DNA from: a virus
IMG/VR virus record: IMGVR_UViG_3300025728_000371
Location: 3,560-67,559 of that record
DNA: 64,000 nt
Reading direction: 5' to 3' (one strand)
Shown here in pieces: positions 45,146 through 54,984 of this stretch (its first letter is position 1; each line of letters begins with the position of its first letter). The notes below the pieces were generated by a model. It was not told the DNA's origin. It saw nothing but the letters and a program-made list of their open reading frames with translations, and did no database searches. Made by a program: the position numbers and the translations under genes.

Positions 45146-47413
45146 ATGGCACAAGATAGCACTGAGCGCGCGGCGCCCGGACGGCTGCAGTCAGCGATTG
45201 CCCTGGATGCGGCAATCGCTGATCTGGCCGTGGTGCTGCAGCTCGATCGCAATGAGCGCGAAGCCTGGTCGAAAGTCAGTCTGCAGATGGCCAGCGAGCG
45301 TCCATTGGCCACCAGGGGAATCAGTGCCGTGGACCTGGTCAAGGTGGAGCGGCTGGCGCTCACCGCAGGTATCGGCAAGGACGCAAGCAACCCCGAAGCC
45401 AGGCGCGAAGCCGTGTTGGGCTTCACCCACGATGCCGCACTGATGGCCTCTGCGTTTCGCATGGGTACCGAACAGTCCGGCGAGCTTATGGCCGGTTGGC
45501 GCAGCGCACTGAAGCTCAATCAGGTACAGGTGCTGGATCTGGGGGATGCCTCCAGCCTGCTTGCGCAGAAGTTCGGTGCGCTGCCTGCGGATATTGGTGC
45601 GGTCGTTCGACAAGTTGGCGCTGCCAGCGCTGTACTCGGCCTTTTGCCGGAACAGACAGCAGCGTTTTCGGCGGTTCTGTTACAAGCTGGCATGAACAAG
45701 GACCAGGCGTCTGGTGCCTTGACGACGCTCAGTACTGCCCTGGGCAAGGATGCCTCGGCGGCGCAGCAGGCAGCGTTTACCGATCTCGATCTGGATCGCA
45801 ACGAGTTATCAGCGGCGATGAAGCAAGACGCCCCTGCGGCCATCGCCTCTTTGCTTGAGTCCCTGGGCAAGGTTTCTCCTGACAAACAGGCCGGTCTGGC
45901 GAAAAGCCTGTTTGGCAATGACGACTTGATTCTCCAACTGCTGAAAGACCCGGCTCCGCTGAAGCAGGCCTTTTCCCAGGTTGCCGATAAAGGCAGTTAT
46001 GCCAGTTCGGTACTGGGTGACAAAAGTGCCCTGCACCAGGCTGCTGAAAGCGGCGGTGATTCTCTGTCTGGGAGTTGGAATCAGTTCTCGGCCAGCCTGA
46101 ATCGTTTCTCTACGACGTTGGGTAATGCCTTCGCGCCCTTGATCGAGGGAGGGCTGGGGTGGCTCAGCAGTGGGGTCAACGGTTTGAGCCAATGGGCTGA
46201 GGGTATGCCCAAGGTGGCCGCCGCCGTTGCTACCGGTGTTGCTGTCCTGGCGGCGGCGGGAGCCAAGGCCCTGGCGGGGGTGGTGGTCAAGCATGGGCTG
46301 GAGTCCGTGAAGGCCCGTATCGAGAATAAGGCGGAAGAGAAACTGCCCTCGCTTTTCAAGAAACCGACTGAGAAATCTTCGACGCCGGGCTCGAACGCGC
46401 GAGCCTCCAGCACTGAAATCAAATACTGCGAATGCAAGTGCCTCTGTTCCGAGGAGCGCAAGACCGGTGATATTCAGGGCAAACCGCCGAAAACCGCCAA
46501 GAACATCCCCCCGCAGCAATCGCAGGACAAACCCCGGGGCAAGTCCCGACAACAGCAGAACAAGCGTCGGGATAACCGTATCCAGTATTGCGAGTGCAAG
46601 TGCCTCGGTGCAGACCGTGGCAACAATCTCCGCAAGAGAGGCGGTAAATCGCGCAATAGAACTGGAGCAGCGTCCTCCCTCAGTCATTCCGCTGGTCGTT
46701 CCAGGAATAAGTTGCGCAACAACCCCAGGGTGACGAGGACGAAGGTCAACCAGCCTGTCTCGGCGACCGTCCGTTCGCTCTCGGGCACGGCGATAGGTTT
46801 CGCTGGGCCTTCCGGTGCAAGCCTGTCGTTGGCTCAGGGGCTGACAGGCTCCATGGCCAGTGAGCGCTTGATGGCCGGTACCCGTTCGATGCGTGGCCGC
46901 CTGCCGGGACCGATGAGGTTGCTGGATGCCGGCATGCAGGTGTTCGATGCGGCCCGTGAAGGCGATACCAAATCCATGCTCAGCGGCCTTGGCATGGCTG
47001 GCGGTGGCTGGGCGGGGGCCTCTGCCGGGGCTTCGGCAGGCGCAGCCCTTGGCACGCTGATTTTCCCCGGTGTCGGCACGGCCATCGGTGGTGCCTTGGG
47101 CGGTGTGCTCGGCGGTATCGCCGGCAGTGATGTCGGCTCATGGCTGGGGGACAAGTTGGGCGACAGGATCAGTAGTCCTGGCAACCGCTTGCCGGCGCCA
47201 GGTGCGGTCGGCAGCGAGCTGGCTGCCAAGCCCGCGGACAACCGCCAGGTCAGCTTCGCCCCGGTCATCCAGATCAACGGCCTGGACCAGGCCACCGCCC
47301 GGCAGTTGGCCGATACCGTGATGCAACAGATGCAGGCGCAATTCGTGCCGATGATGATGGCCGATCCCCTCGCTGCACGGCGTGGCACGGCCCTGACCGA
47401 TGGAGGTGACTGA
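45146..47413 (+). CDS. Tape measure protein, tailocin 1
   Basis: Ala-rich core, glycine-zipper C-terminus; basic Cys-containing insert. Confidence 0.85.
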   Translation: MAQDSTERAAPGRLQSAIALDAAIADLAVVLQLDRNEREAWSKVSLQMASERPLATRGISAVDLVKVERLALTAGIGKDASNPEARREAVLGFTHDAALMASAFRMGTEQSGELMAGWRSALKLNQVQVLDLGDASSLLAQKFGALPADIGAVVRQVGAASAVLGLLPEQTAAFSAVLLQAGMNKDQASGALTTLSTALGKDASAAQQAAFTDLDLDRNELSAAMKQDAPAAIASLLESLGKVSPDKQAGLAKSLFGNDDLILQLLKDPAPLKQAFSQVADKGSYASSVLGDKSALHQAAESGGDSLSGSWNQFSASLNRFSTTLGNAFAPLIEGGLGWLSSGVNGLSQWAEGMPKVAAAVATGVAVLAAAGAKALAGVVVKHGLESVKARIENKAEEKLPSLFKKPTEKSSTPGSNARASSTEIKYCECKCLCSEERKTGDIQGKPPKTAKNIPPQQSQDKPRGKSRQQQNKRRDNRIQYCECKCLGADRGNNLRKRGGKSRNRTGAASSLSHSAGRSRNKLRNNPRVTRTKVNQPVSATVRSLSGTAIGFAGPSGASLSLAQGLTGSMASERLMAGTRSMRGRLPGPMRLLDAGMQVFDAAREGDTKSMLSGLGMAGGGWAGASAGASAGAALGTLIFPGVGTAIGGALGGVLGGIAGSDVGSWLGDKLGDRISSPGNRLPAPGAVGSELAAKPADNRQVSFAPVIQINGLDQATARQLADTVMQQMQAQFVPMMMADPLAARRGTALTDGGD

Positions 47414-47796
47414 TGCGACAGCAGATGGCGTTGGGCGATTTCATCTTTGGCCTGTCCAGGGATTTCGCCTACAGCACGCTGGTACGCAAGACCGCCGGCG
47501 GCTGGGTCGAACTGAACATCCTGCAGAGCAAACCGAAGTCCAGCCAGACCGGTCCCGGACTGGAGAGCCTGACCATTGGCGGCAAGGCCATGGGCGCGGC
47601 TGGCATGGAGCGGCTCGACCAATTGCGAACCCTGCAGGCCCGTGCCGTGCCCTTGCCGCTGGTCGATGGGATCGGGCGCAACTGGGGACTGTGGCGAATC
47701 GACAGTGTGTCGGAGACCCAGGGGCAGATCATCGACGATGGCACGGCCATGGTCGTCGATTGGACAGTGGACCTCAAGGAGTTCGTCAATGCGTAG
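47413..47796 (+). CDS. P2 gpU-like tail protein
   Basis: MALGDFIF, Q.G.GLE, LVDG.G..WG.W.I. Confidence 0.88.
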   Translation: MRQQMALGDFIFGLSRDFAYSTLVRKTAGGWVELNILQSKPKSSQTGPGLESLTIGGKAMGAAGMERLDQLRTLQARAVPLPLVDGIGRNWGLWRIDSVSETQGQIIDDGTAMVVDWTVDLKEFVNA

Positions 47797-48001
47797 AGCA
47801 CGAAGCATGGCCGGTGATTCGGTGAATCTGTTGCTGTACCGCGAGCAGGGACGTTGCGACGACGTTGTGGAGGAGGCGCTCTGGCGTCTCAATCCGCGCC
47901 TGGCCGAGTACGGTGCGGTGTTGCCCGCAGGCATCTGGGTGATTCTGCCGGAAGTCGAGGCACGCGCTCCGAGTGCCGCCCCTGTATCGGCCTGGGATTG
48001 A
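47789..48001 (+). CDS. P2 gpX-like tail protein
   Basis: GDSV..L.YR..G, NP.LA..G.VLPAG....LP, terminal WD. Confidence 0.88.
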   Translation: MRRARSMAGDSVNLLLYREQGRCDDVVEEALWRLNPRLAEYGAVLPAGIWVILPEVEARAPSAAPVSAWD

Positions 48002-48011
48002 GGAGGGAGTC

Positions 48012-49022
48012 ATGAGCCTGGGATTTACCCCCGAGGTAGAACTGTATGGTGCCAATGCCGCGCTGCTCAACCAACGGCTGATCGATTGGGAATACACCGA
48101 TGCTGCGGGCATCGAGTCCGACCAGCTCAAACTGACACTGGATATCGAGGACTTGCCGGGCCTGCCCAGCCTGGGCGGCAAGGTGGGGCTGCGTATCGGC
48201 TACCGGGAGTCCGGGTTGGTCGACAAGGGCGAGTTCATCGTCACCCGACGTACACCGATGCTGTTCCCTCCGCGCCTTACTTTGCTGGCCACGGCGGCGC
48301 CGTTCGAGGTCAATGATGCGACCGGTTTCCGGGCTCGTCGCAGTGTCAGTCATGGTCCTACCACCTTGGGCGCACTGTTTCGGCAACTGACCTCCCGGCA
48401 CGGCTTTTCACCGCGGGTGGCATCGGAGTTGGATGGCATTCGCATCACACATCTGGACCAGTCCAATGAAACCGACATGGGCTTTCTCACACGGATTGCC
48501 CGTCGCTTCGACGCCGTCACCAAACCGGTGAACGAGCTGTATGTGCTGGCCCGCCGTGGGCAGGTCAAGTCGCTGTCCGGCAAACAGCTGGAGGATGTGC
48601 GCCTATCGGTGACCCGCGACAATCGTCCGGGTGATCCGGCCTTCATGGCTGCCACGCTCGACGACAGCAGCCGCGGCAAGTACCAGGGCTGCCAGACCAC
48701 CTGGTGGGATGCGGCGGCCGGACGCGAGCGAGTGGTCGAGACCGGCACCAAGCCCTTCAAGAAACTTCGCCAGCGTTATCCCTCCGAGGATGAGGCGCGG
48801 GCGGCGGGTGAAGGTGAGGTGCGGCGCATGGAGCGCGAGTCTCTGAAACTGCGTATCGACTGCCCGGGTAATCCGGCGCTGGCGGCCGAAGGGCTGGTGC
48901 TGCTGGACAGCAGTTGGCCTGATTTCATGCAGGGGCGCTGGTCCATCGACAAGGTGACCGCCAGTGGCAACCGCGCCAACAGTTACCGCTGCAGTATTTC
49001 TGCCAGTTGCCTGGAGCGTTAG
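48012..49022 (+). CDS. P2 gpD-like baseplate hub
   Basis: D.AG.ESD.L.L, DQSNETD..FL.R.A, GNP.L.AE. Confidence 0.9.
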   Translation: MSLGFTPEVELYGANAALLNQRLIDWEYTDAAGIESDQLKLTLDIEDLPGLPSLGGKVGLRIGYRESGLVDKGEFIVTRRTPMLFPPRLTLLATAAPFEVNDATGFRARRSVSHGPTTLGALFRQLTSRHGFSPRVASELDGIRITHLDQSNETDMGFLTRIARRFDAVTKPVNELYVLARRGQVKSLSGKQLEDVRLSVTRDNRPGDPAFMAATLDDSSRGKYQGCQTTWWDAAAGRERVVETGTKPFKKLRQRYPSEDEARAAGEGEVRRMERESLKLRIDCPGNPALAAEGLVLLDSSWPDFMQGRWSIDKVTASGNRANSYRCSISASCLER

Positions 49023-49124
49023 CGGATTCGGTTCTCCCTGCCCGATAGCCGGATTGTTGTTCGGTACCCAACGTAACTCGCCCAGTCTGCGACCGCGTCC
49101 TTCCATTCGAACCGGAATTTTCCC

Positions 49125-49709
49125 ATGAACATCACCCCAATCATCACGCAACTGCGTGCTGAATGCCCCAGCCTTGCCCAACACATTTCCACCGGCCTCG
49201 ACCTGGACCTGCTGCAAGGCAACACCACGCTGCCGACCCCGTCAGCCTTTATCACCGTTCGTTGCGACCTGGCTGCCGAGAACACCGCGCAGAACGTTTC
49301 CCGGCAGACCATCCGCGACCGCCTGGAACTGACCCTGGTGCTCGATGCCAGCAACGGCCAGGCCCCTTTCGATCAACTCCACGCCCTGCGCGCCGAACTC
49401 TGGCGCGCGCTAGTGGGGTTCAAGCCCGACACCTTCTATACGCCCCTGCAATACGGCGGCGGCCGGCTGGTGTCGATCAACGCCACTCGCTTGCTGTATC
49501 GCCTGCGTTTCTTCGCCGAGTTCCAACTGGGGCGCAACCGCACCACCGACCCGGCGGAAACCTGGCATGAGCGTGAACTGGACGGCTTGCCGTCCTTTAC
49601 CGGGGTGACGGTGCGGGTCGATGCCATCGACCCCGCCGACCCCAATCTGCACCGCCCAGGCCCCGACGGGCGCCTGGAGCTGGCCTTTTCAGGAAACGTA
49701 AAACCATGA
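49125..49709 (+). CDS. Tailocin 2 tail terminator-like protein
   Basis: Paralogue of 20832..21422 (RAE.WRAL.G, PAETWHE.ELDGLP, PGPDGR). Confidence 0.8.
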   Translation: MNITPIITQLRAECPSLAQHISTGLDLDLLQGNTTLPTPSAFITVRCDLAAENTAQNVSRQTIRDRLELTLVLDASNGQAPFDQLHALRAELWRALVGFKPDTFYTPLQYGGGRLVSINATRLLYRLRFFAEFQLGRNRTTDPAETWHERELDGLPSFTGVTVRVDAIDPADPNLHRPGPDGRLELAFSGNVKP

Positions 49710-49888
49710 CTCAACGTATCAACGTAGTGCCGGCTGCCGGCCGTTCCGTACCGGATCCGGAAGCCGGCGACCTGTTGCCGGTCACCGGTCGCGAAGTGGC
49801 CGACAGTGCCTGGTGGCGCCGCCGCCAGGCCGATGGCGATATCACCCTTTCCGCCGTGCAAGCGGCACAACCACAGGAAGCCCAATAA
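49706..49888 (+). CDS. DUF2635-like small tail protein
   Basis: Paralogue of 21419..21619. Confidence 0.8.
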   Translation: MTQRINVVPAAGRSVPDPEAGDLLPVTGREVADSAWWRRRQADGDITLSAVQAAQPQEAQ

Positions 49889-51384
49889 TGGCTATCGGAT
49901 TCAGCAACATTCCTTCGGACCTGCGTGTTCCGCTGTTCTACGCCGAGATGGACAACTCGGCGGCCAATAGCGCGTCGTCGACCCTGCGTCGACTGATCGT
50001 CGCCCAGGTCAACGACAACGCCACCAGCCCGGAAATCGGCAGCCTGGTGCTGGTCTCCAGCGTCGCCCTGGCCAAGAGCATCGGCGGTCAGGGTTCGATG
50101 CTCGCCGCCATGTACGACACCTGGCGCAAGGCCGACCCGGTCGGCGAGATCTGGTGCCTGCCGCTGCGCAACACCACCGGCGCGATTGCCAAGGCCGACC
50201 TGAAACTGACCGGCGCCGCCACCGAAAGCGGTGTGCTCAATCTGTATGTTGGTGGTGTCCGCGTACAGGCCGCCGTGGTCAGCGGCCAGACCGCCGCCCA
50301 GGTCGCCAGCACCCTGGCGCTGCAAGTAAATGCCGCCGCCGACCTGCCGGTCAGCGCCGTGGCCACTGATGGCACCGTCACCCTGAGCTGCAAATGGACC
50401 GGTGACAGCGGTAACGACATCAGCCTGCAGTTCAACCGCCTGGGCAAGAGCAACGGCGAGGAAACCCCGGCCGGCCTGACCATCGTCAGCGCGAAGATGG
50501 CCGGTGGTGCCGGTATTCCGGATCAGGTCGCGGCCCTCGCGGCACTGGGCGACGAGCCTTTCGAGTTCATCTGCCAGCCCTGGTCCGACGTGGCCTCGCT
50601 GAATGCCTGGCAGGCGGCAATGGATGACAGCGTCGGTCGCTGGTCCTGGTCCAAGCAACTGTTCGGACATGTCTACACCGCCAAGCGTGGCACCGTGGGC
50701 ACGCTGGTCGCTGCCGGTCAGACCCGCAACGACCAGCACGTCACCATCCTGGCGATGGAGCAGGGCGTACCGCAACCGGTCTGGGTTCAGGCCGCCGCAC
50801 TGGCTGCACGCACTTCGGTGTTCATCTCGGCTGACGCCAGCCGTCCGACCCAGAGCGGCAGCCTGCCGGGCGTCGATCCGGCCGCGGCCAGCGAGCGTTT
50901 CACCCTGACCGAGCGCCAGTCGCTGCTCAGCTACGGTGTCGCCACCGCCTACTACGAAGGTGGCTACGTGCGCATCCAGCGGGCGATCACCACCTACCAG
51001 AAGAATGCCTATGGTCAGGCGGACAACTCCTACCTGGACAGCGAGACCATGCACCAGTCGGCTTTCATCGTGCGCCGTCTGCAAAGCGTGATCACCAGCA
51101 AGTACGGCCGCCACAAACTGGCTGCCGATGGCACCCGCTTCGGCGCCGGCCAACCGATCGTCACCCCGAGCACCATCCGCGGTGAGCTGATCGCCCAGTA
51201 CGCCAAGCTCGAACTGGAAGGCCACGTGGAAAACGCCGAACTGTTCGCCGAACACCTGATCGTCGAGCGCGACAGCCAGGACCCGAGCCGGGTCAACGTG
51301 CTGTTCCCGCCTGACTACGTCAACGGCCTGCGCGTATTCGCGCTGCTCAACCAGTTCCGCCTGCAGTACGACGCGGCGGCCTGA
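49888..51384 (+). CDS. Tail sheath (Mu/SfV type), tailocin 2
   Basis: Close paralogue of 21619..23115. Confidence 0.95.
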   Translation: MAIGFSNIPSDLRVPLFYAEMDNSAANSASSTLRRLIVAQVNDNATSPEIGSLVLVSSVALAKSIGGQGSMLAAMYDTWRKADPVGEIWCLPLRNTTGAIAKADLKLTGAATESGVLNLYVGGVRVQAAVVSGQTAAQVASTLALQVNAAADLPVSAVATDGTVTLSCKWTGDSGNDISLQFNRLGKSNGEETPAGLTIVSAKMAGGAGIPDQVAALAALGDEPFEFICQPWSDVASLNAWQAAMDDSVGRWSWSKQLFGHVYTAKRGTVGTLVAAGQTRNDQHVTILAMEQGVPQPVWVQAAALAARTSVFISADASRPTQSGSLPGVDPAAASERFTLTERQSLLSYGVATAYYEGGYVRIQRAITTYQKNAYGQADNSYLDSETMHQSAFIVRRLQSVITSKYGRHKLAADGTRFGAGQPIVTPSTIRGELIAQYAKLELEGHVENAELFAEHLIVERDSQDPSRVNVLFPPDYVNGLRVFALLNQFRLQYDAAA

Positions 51385-51449
51385 GCCGCGTCCTCTTCAC
51401 GGTTTCATTTCAGCCCGCCATGAGCGGGCTTATTTTTTGGAGATACATC

Positions 51450-51797
51450 ATGGGACAACTGATTGCGGGCACCTGCTACGTCAAAGTGGACGGCGCTCAA
51501 CTGACCATCAACGGCGGCTGCGAAGCGCCGCTGATGGCTGTCAAACGGGAAACGGTGGTACCGGGTTTCTACAAGGAAACCGACATCGCTCCCTCTTTCA
51601 AGGTTACCGCGCTGCACACCGCGGACTTCCCCCTCAAGCAACTGATCGCCGGTTCCGACATGACCGTTACCTGCGAATTCAGCAACGGCAAGGTCTACGT
51701 CCTGGCCGGTGCCTACCTGGTCGAGGAGCCGGTCCTCAAGGGTGATGACGCGGCCATCGAACTGAAATTCGAAGGCATCAAGGGGACCTGGCAATGA
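51450..51797 (+). CDS. Tail tube, tailocin 2
   Basis: Paralogue of 23173..23520. Confidence 0.9.
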   Translation: MGQLIAGTCYVKVDGAQLTINGGCEAPLMAVKRETVVPGFYKETDIAPSFKVTALHTADFPLKQLIAGSDMTVTCEFSNGKVYVLAGAYLVEEPVLKGDDAAIELKFEGIKGTWQ

Positions 51798-52090
51798 GCG
51801 AGCCGATGAAGCTGCAGGTGCCCATCGAAGCCCACGGCGCAACCCTTGACGAACTCACCCTGCGCCGTCCGACGGTGCAGGAAGTGCGGGCGATCAAGGC
51901 GCTGCCGTACAAGATCGACAAGAGCGAAGAGGTCAGCCTCGACATGGATGTCGCGGCCAAGTACATCGCGGTCTGCGCCGGCATCCCGCCGTCGTCGGTC
52001 AACCAGCTGGATCTGTCCGACCTCAATACCTTGAGTTGGGCGGTGGCGGGTTTTTTCATGAGTGCGGCATCGCAGCCATCGGCGAACTGA
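51794..52090 (+). CDS. Tail assembly chaperone
   Basis: Paralogue of 23517..23813; GGGTTTTTTC at 52048-52057. Confidence 0.88.
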   Translation: MSEPMKLQVPIEAHGATLDELTLRRPTVQEVRAIKALPYKIDKSEEVSLDMDVAAKYIAVCAGIPPSSVNQLDLSDLNTLSWAVAGFFMSAASQPSAN

Positions 52091-52221
52091 TTGCGGTCGC
52101 CTATGACCTGGCCTGGTTCTGGAAGGTTGACCCCGAACAGATGATGGCAAGGCCACTGGATGTGCTCCGGGAGTCCCTGGAGCACGCGCAACGGATCAAT
52201 GCGATGCAGCAGGTGCAGTGA
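52048..52221 (+). CDS. -1 frameshift extension of tail chaperone
   Basis: YDLAWFWKVDPEQM conserved with the prophage copy. Confidence 0.75.
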   Translation, partial: GFFHECGIAAIGELIAVAYDLAWFWKVDPEQMMARPLDVLRESLEHAQRINAMQQVQ

Positions 52222-53693
52222 TGGCTAAGAAGAAACCAGGTAATGTCCGCTTGAAGGACTTCGTCCACGTGAAGGACTTGAAGGCTTTGGTGGAGACGGT
52301 CAGTGCGGCTCTCAAAGATAAAAGCACTCATCAGGAAAAAATCACTGACAAGGACCAAGGCACTGACAAGGATAAAAGTCCTGACGAAAAAAACAGAGGG
52401 TTCAACTTCAAGATCAGTGACCTGAAAACGGGATTCACAGACAGCGGTCTTGATAAGGTGGATCTGGAGGGCGGTGGTTTGTTGGCGCCCTTTACCAAGG
52501 GACTCAAGGCCGCTATCAACGAGCAGGATCGCCAGGCCCAGGCGGATTTCGCACGTAAAGCGTCGCAGCTGCAGGTGATACCGAAGGCGGGCGAAGTCTC
52601 AAACGGTTCAGGAGCTGTGTCCCCTGTAACGCCTTCAATCGGAACCGTGTCCAAGGTACCGATTGCCCAGAAGTCATCTGCGCAGGTACTGGGAGAAACT
52701 GCACAGCATGTGGCGGCGCTCAGCAAGGCCCTGGATCAAATCTCCCTGAAGATCGGTCAGGCGTTGCTACCAGCCTTCGACAGTATCGTGACCGCGTTGA
52801 TACCTCTGGCTACCCAGTTCGGACAATTCGTCGCGAACAATCCAGCCTTGGTACAAGGCTTGGCAGCTGGCGCTCTGGCATTCACTGCGATTGCCGGAGC
52901 AGCTGCCGGGTTTATTGCACTGTCCTCGCCTGTTGGGTTGGTGGCAGCAGGTATAGCGGCCGCGGCTACCTTGATTGTCACTTTCTGGAAACCCCTCTCG
53001 GGATTTTTCATGGGGATCTGGGGGGCTATCAGTGACTATTTCTCGAGTCATTGGGACACGCTCAAGGCCGGTGTTGCAGCCTATCTCGACTTTATCCTGA
53101 CGGTGTTTTCCTGGACTCCGATGGGAATAGTCATCAACAACTGGGGACCTTTGGCCGACTTCTTCAGCGCAATGTGGGGATTGCTGAAAGCGTTGGCCCT
53201 ACCGGTCATGGATTTTCTCAAGGGAATATTCGACTGGCTACCGCTGGACCTGATCATCAAGAACTGGGAGCCGATCATCGGCTGGTTCTTTGGCTGGGTG
53301 CAGAAGTTGAAGGAACTGTTTGAGCCGATCCGGGAATGGCTCGGTGGCCACGTCGGAGGCTTCGTCACCCAGATTACGGGCAAGGTGGAGGACTGGACCG
53401 AGCAGCAGCAACAGCGCAATGCCGTGACAACCGCAGATGGACGTCATTCGTTCTTCTGGGAGCGTGACGAAAGCACTGGGGCAGGCAGCGGCCTGACGCA
53501 GAACGCCAACCTGCTCGTCCAGCAAACCGCCACCAACAACCGTACCCAACTCGAAGGCGGCCTGACCGTGCGTTTCGAAAACGCGCCTCAGGGCCTGCGT
53601 GTCGACCAACCCCAAACCAACCAACCGGGCCTGAACCTGACGTCTGCCGTCGGCTACCGCTCGCTTTCCCTCGGAGGTGCCTATGGCGACTAA
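52221..53693 (+). CDS. Shortened tape measure protein, tailocin 2
   Basis: C-terminal half aligns by eye with the prophage TMP; core domain missing. Confidence 0.85.
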   Translation: MAKKKPGNVRLKDFVHVKDLKALVETVSAALKDKSTHQEKITDKDQGTDKDKSPDEKNRGFNFKISDLKTGFTDSGLDKVDLEGGGLLAPFTKGLKAAINEQDRQAQADFARKASQLQVIPKAGEVSNGSGAVSPVTPSIGTVSKVPIAQKSSAQVLGETAQHVAALSKALDQISLKIGQALLPAFDSIVTALIPLATQFGQFVANNPALVQGLAAGALAFTAIAGAAAGFIALSSPVGLVAAGIAAAATLIVTFWKPLSGFFMGIWGAISDYFSSHWDTLKAGVAAYLDFILTVFSWTPMGIVINNWGPLADFFSAMWGLLKALALPVMDFLKGIFDWLPLDLIIKNWEPIIGWFFGWVQKLKELFEPIREWLGGHVGGFVTQITGKVEDWTEQQQQRNAVTTADGRHSFFWERDESTGAGSGLTQNANLLVQQTATNNRTQLEGGLTVRFENAPQGLRVDQPQTNQPGLNLTSAVGYRSLSLGGAYGD

Positions 53694-54981
53694 CTGGCGT
53701 GATCGCCTGTTGCCGGCGTCGTTTCGCGGCGTGCCGTTCTGGGTCGACCAGGCGAAGACCCCGGTCGGCCAGAAAGGCCAGTTGCATGAATATCCCCAGC
53801 GCGACCAGCCGTTCTTCGAGCGGCTTGGCCAGCAGGCGAAAATCCATGACCTGACCGCCTTTATCGTCGGCGCCGATTGTCTGGAGCAACGTGACAACCT
53901 GCTCAAGGCGCTGGAGGAGGGCAGCGGCGAACTGGTCCACCCATGGCTGGGACGGATGCAGGTCAAGGTCGGCGAATGCGACATGACCCAGACCCGCGAG
54001 GATGGCGGACTGGTGACCTTCAACCTGAAGTTCTACCCGGACCAGCCGCTGCAGTTCCCCAAGCCCATCGTCAACACCCAGGAGCAACTGCAGGTGGCGT
54101 CGAGCAAGTTGCTCGACGCCTCGGTGGGCCGTTTCGATGAGGCGATGAAACTGGTCAACCAGGCGCGGATCGGCGTGGAGAACCTGCGCAAGGGCATCAC
54201 CCAGGCGTATCAGGTGATCGAACGGGAGTTGCAGCCGCTGATCGAAACCTACGCGAATGTCTATGCCCTGGTCCGTACGGTCAAGGAGTTTCCCCATCAG
54301 GTGAGCGCGGCGGTCAAGGGCGTGCTCGGGGAGGTCAAGGCCGAGTTCAATGGACTGGTCGGCGAGGTCCGTGGCCTGGTCGGCGAAGTTCGCGGCTTGA
54401 AGGACTTTGCGGTCCAGGGCTATCACGGGATGCTGGCCGATCTGTCGAAACAGGTCGAGGAAGCCAAGTCCCTCGACGCCTCGCAACTGGCTATTGGCAA
54501 GGACACCGCTGCGGCCTCGCAGGCCACGGTGAACCTGATCCAGGATGCCCTGCTAGTGCAGATCGCCCAGTTGGTGTCGGTGATCCCGGCGGCGACCCAG
54601 GCGGTGAAGCTGGCCGTCACCCCGTCGCTGGCGCAACAGGCCCAGCAGCCGGTGCAGCGCGCCGACGTGCCGGTGGTCGATGACGTGCTGGCGCTGCGCG
54701 ACAACCTCAACGAGGCGATCTGGCAGGCGGCGCTCAAGGCCGATTCGGTGCATTACCAGGCGCTCAATACCGTGCGCCAGGCGCTGGTGCAGCATCTCAA
54801 CGCGGTGGCCTCCAACGGTGTGCGACTGATTGATCTGGTGCCCAAGAGCAACCTGCCGGCGCTGGTCGTCGCCTACAAGAACTTCGGCGATGCCACACGG
54901 GTCGTGGAAGTGGTGCAGCGCAATCGCATTGCCCACCCCGGTTTCGTCCCGCCAGCACCGTTGCAGATCTCCCGGGAGTAA
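53683..54981 (+). CDS. Mu gpN-like protein, tailocin 2
   Basis: Paralogue of 25992..27245. Confidence 0.9.
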   Translation: MATNWRDRLLPASFRGVPFWVDQAKTPVGQKGQLHEYPQRDQPFFERLGQQAKIHDLTAFIVGADCLEQRDNLLKALEEGSGELVHPWLGRMQVKVGECDMTQTREDGGLVTFNLKFYPDQPLQFPKPIVNTQEQLQVASSKLLDASVGRFDEAMKLVNQARIGVENLRKGITQAYQVIERELQPLIETYANVYALVRTVKEFPHQVSAAVKGVLGEVKAEFNGLVGEVRGLVGEVRGLKDFAVQGYHGMLADLSKQVEEAKSLDASQLAIGKDTAAASQATVNLIQDALLVQIAQLVSVIPAATQAVKLAVTPSLAQQAQQPVQRADVPVVDDVLALRDNLNEAIWQAALKADSVHYQALNTVRQALVQHLNAVASNGVRLIDLVPKSNLPALVVAYKNFGDATRVVEVVQRNRIAHPGFVPPAPLQISRE

Positions 54982-54984
54982 GCC

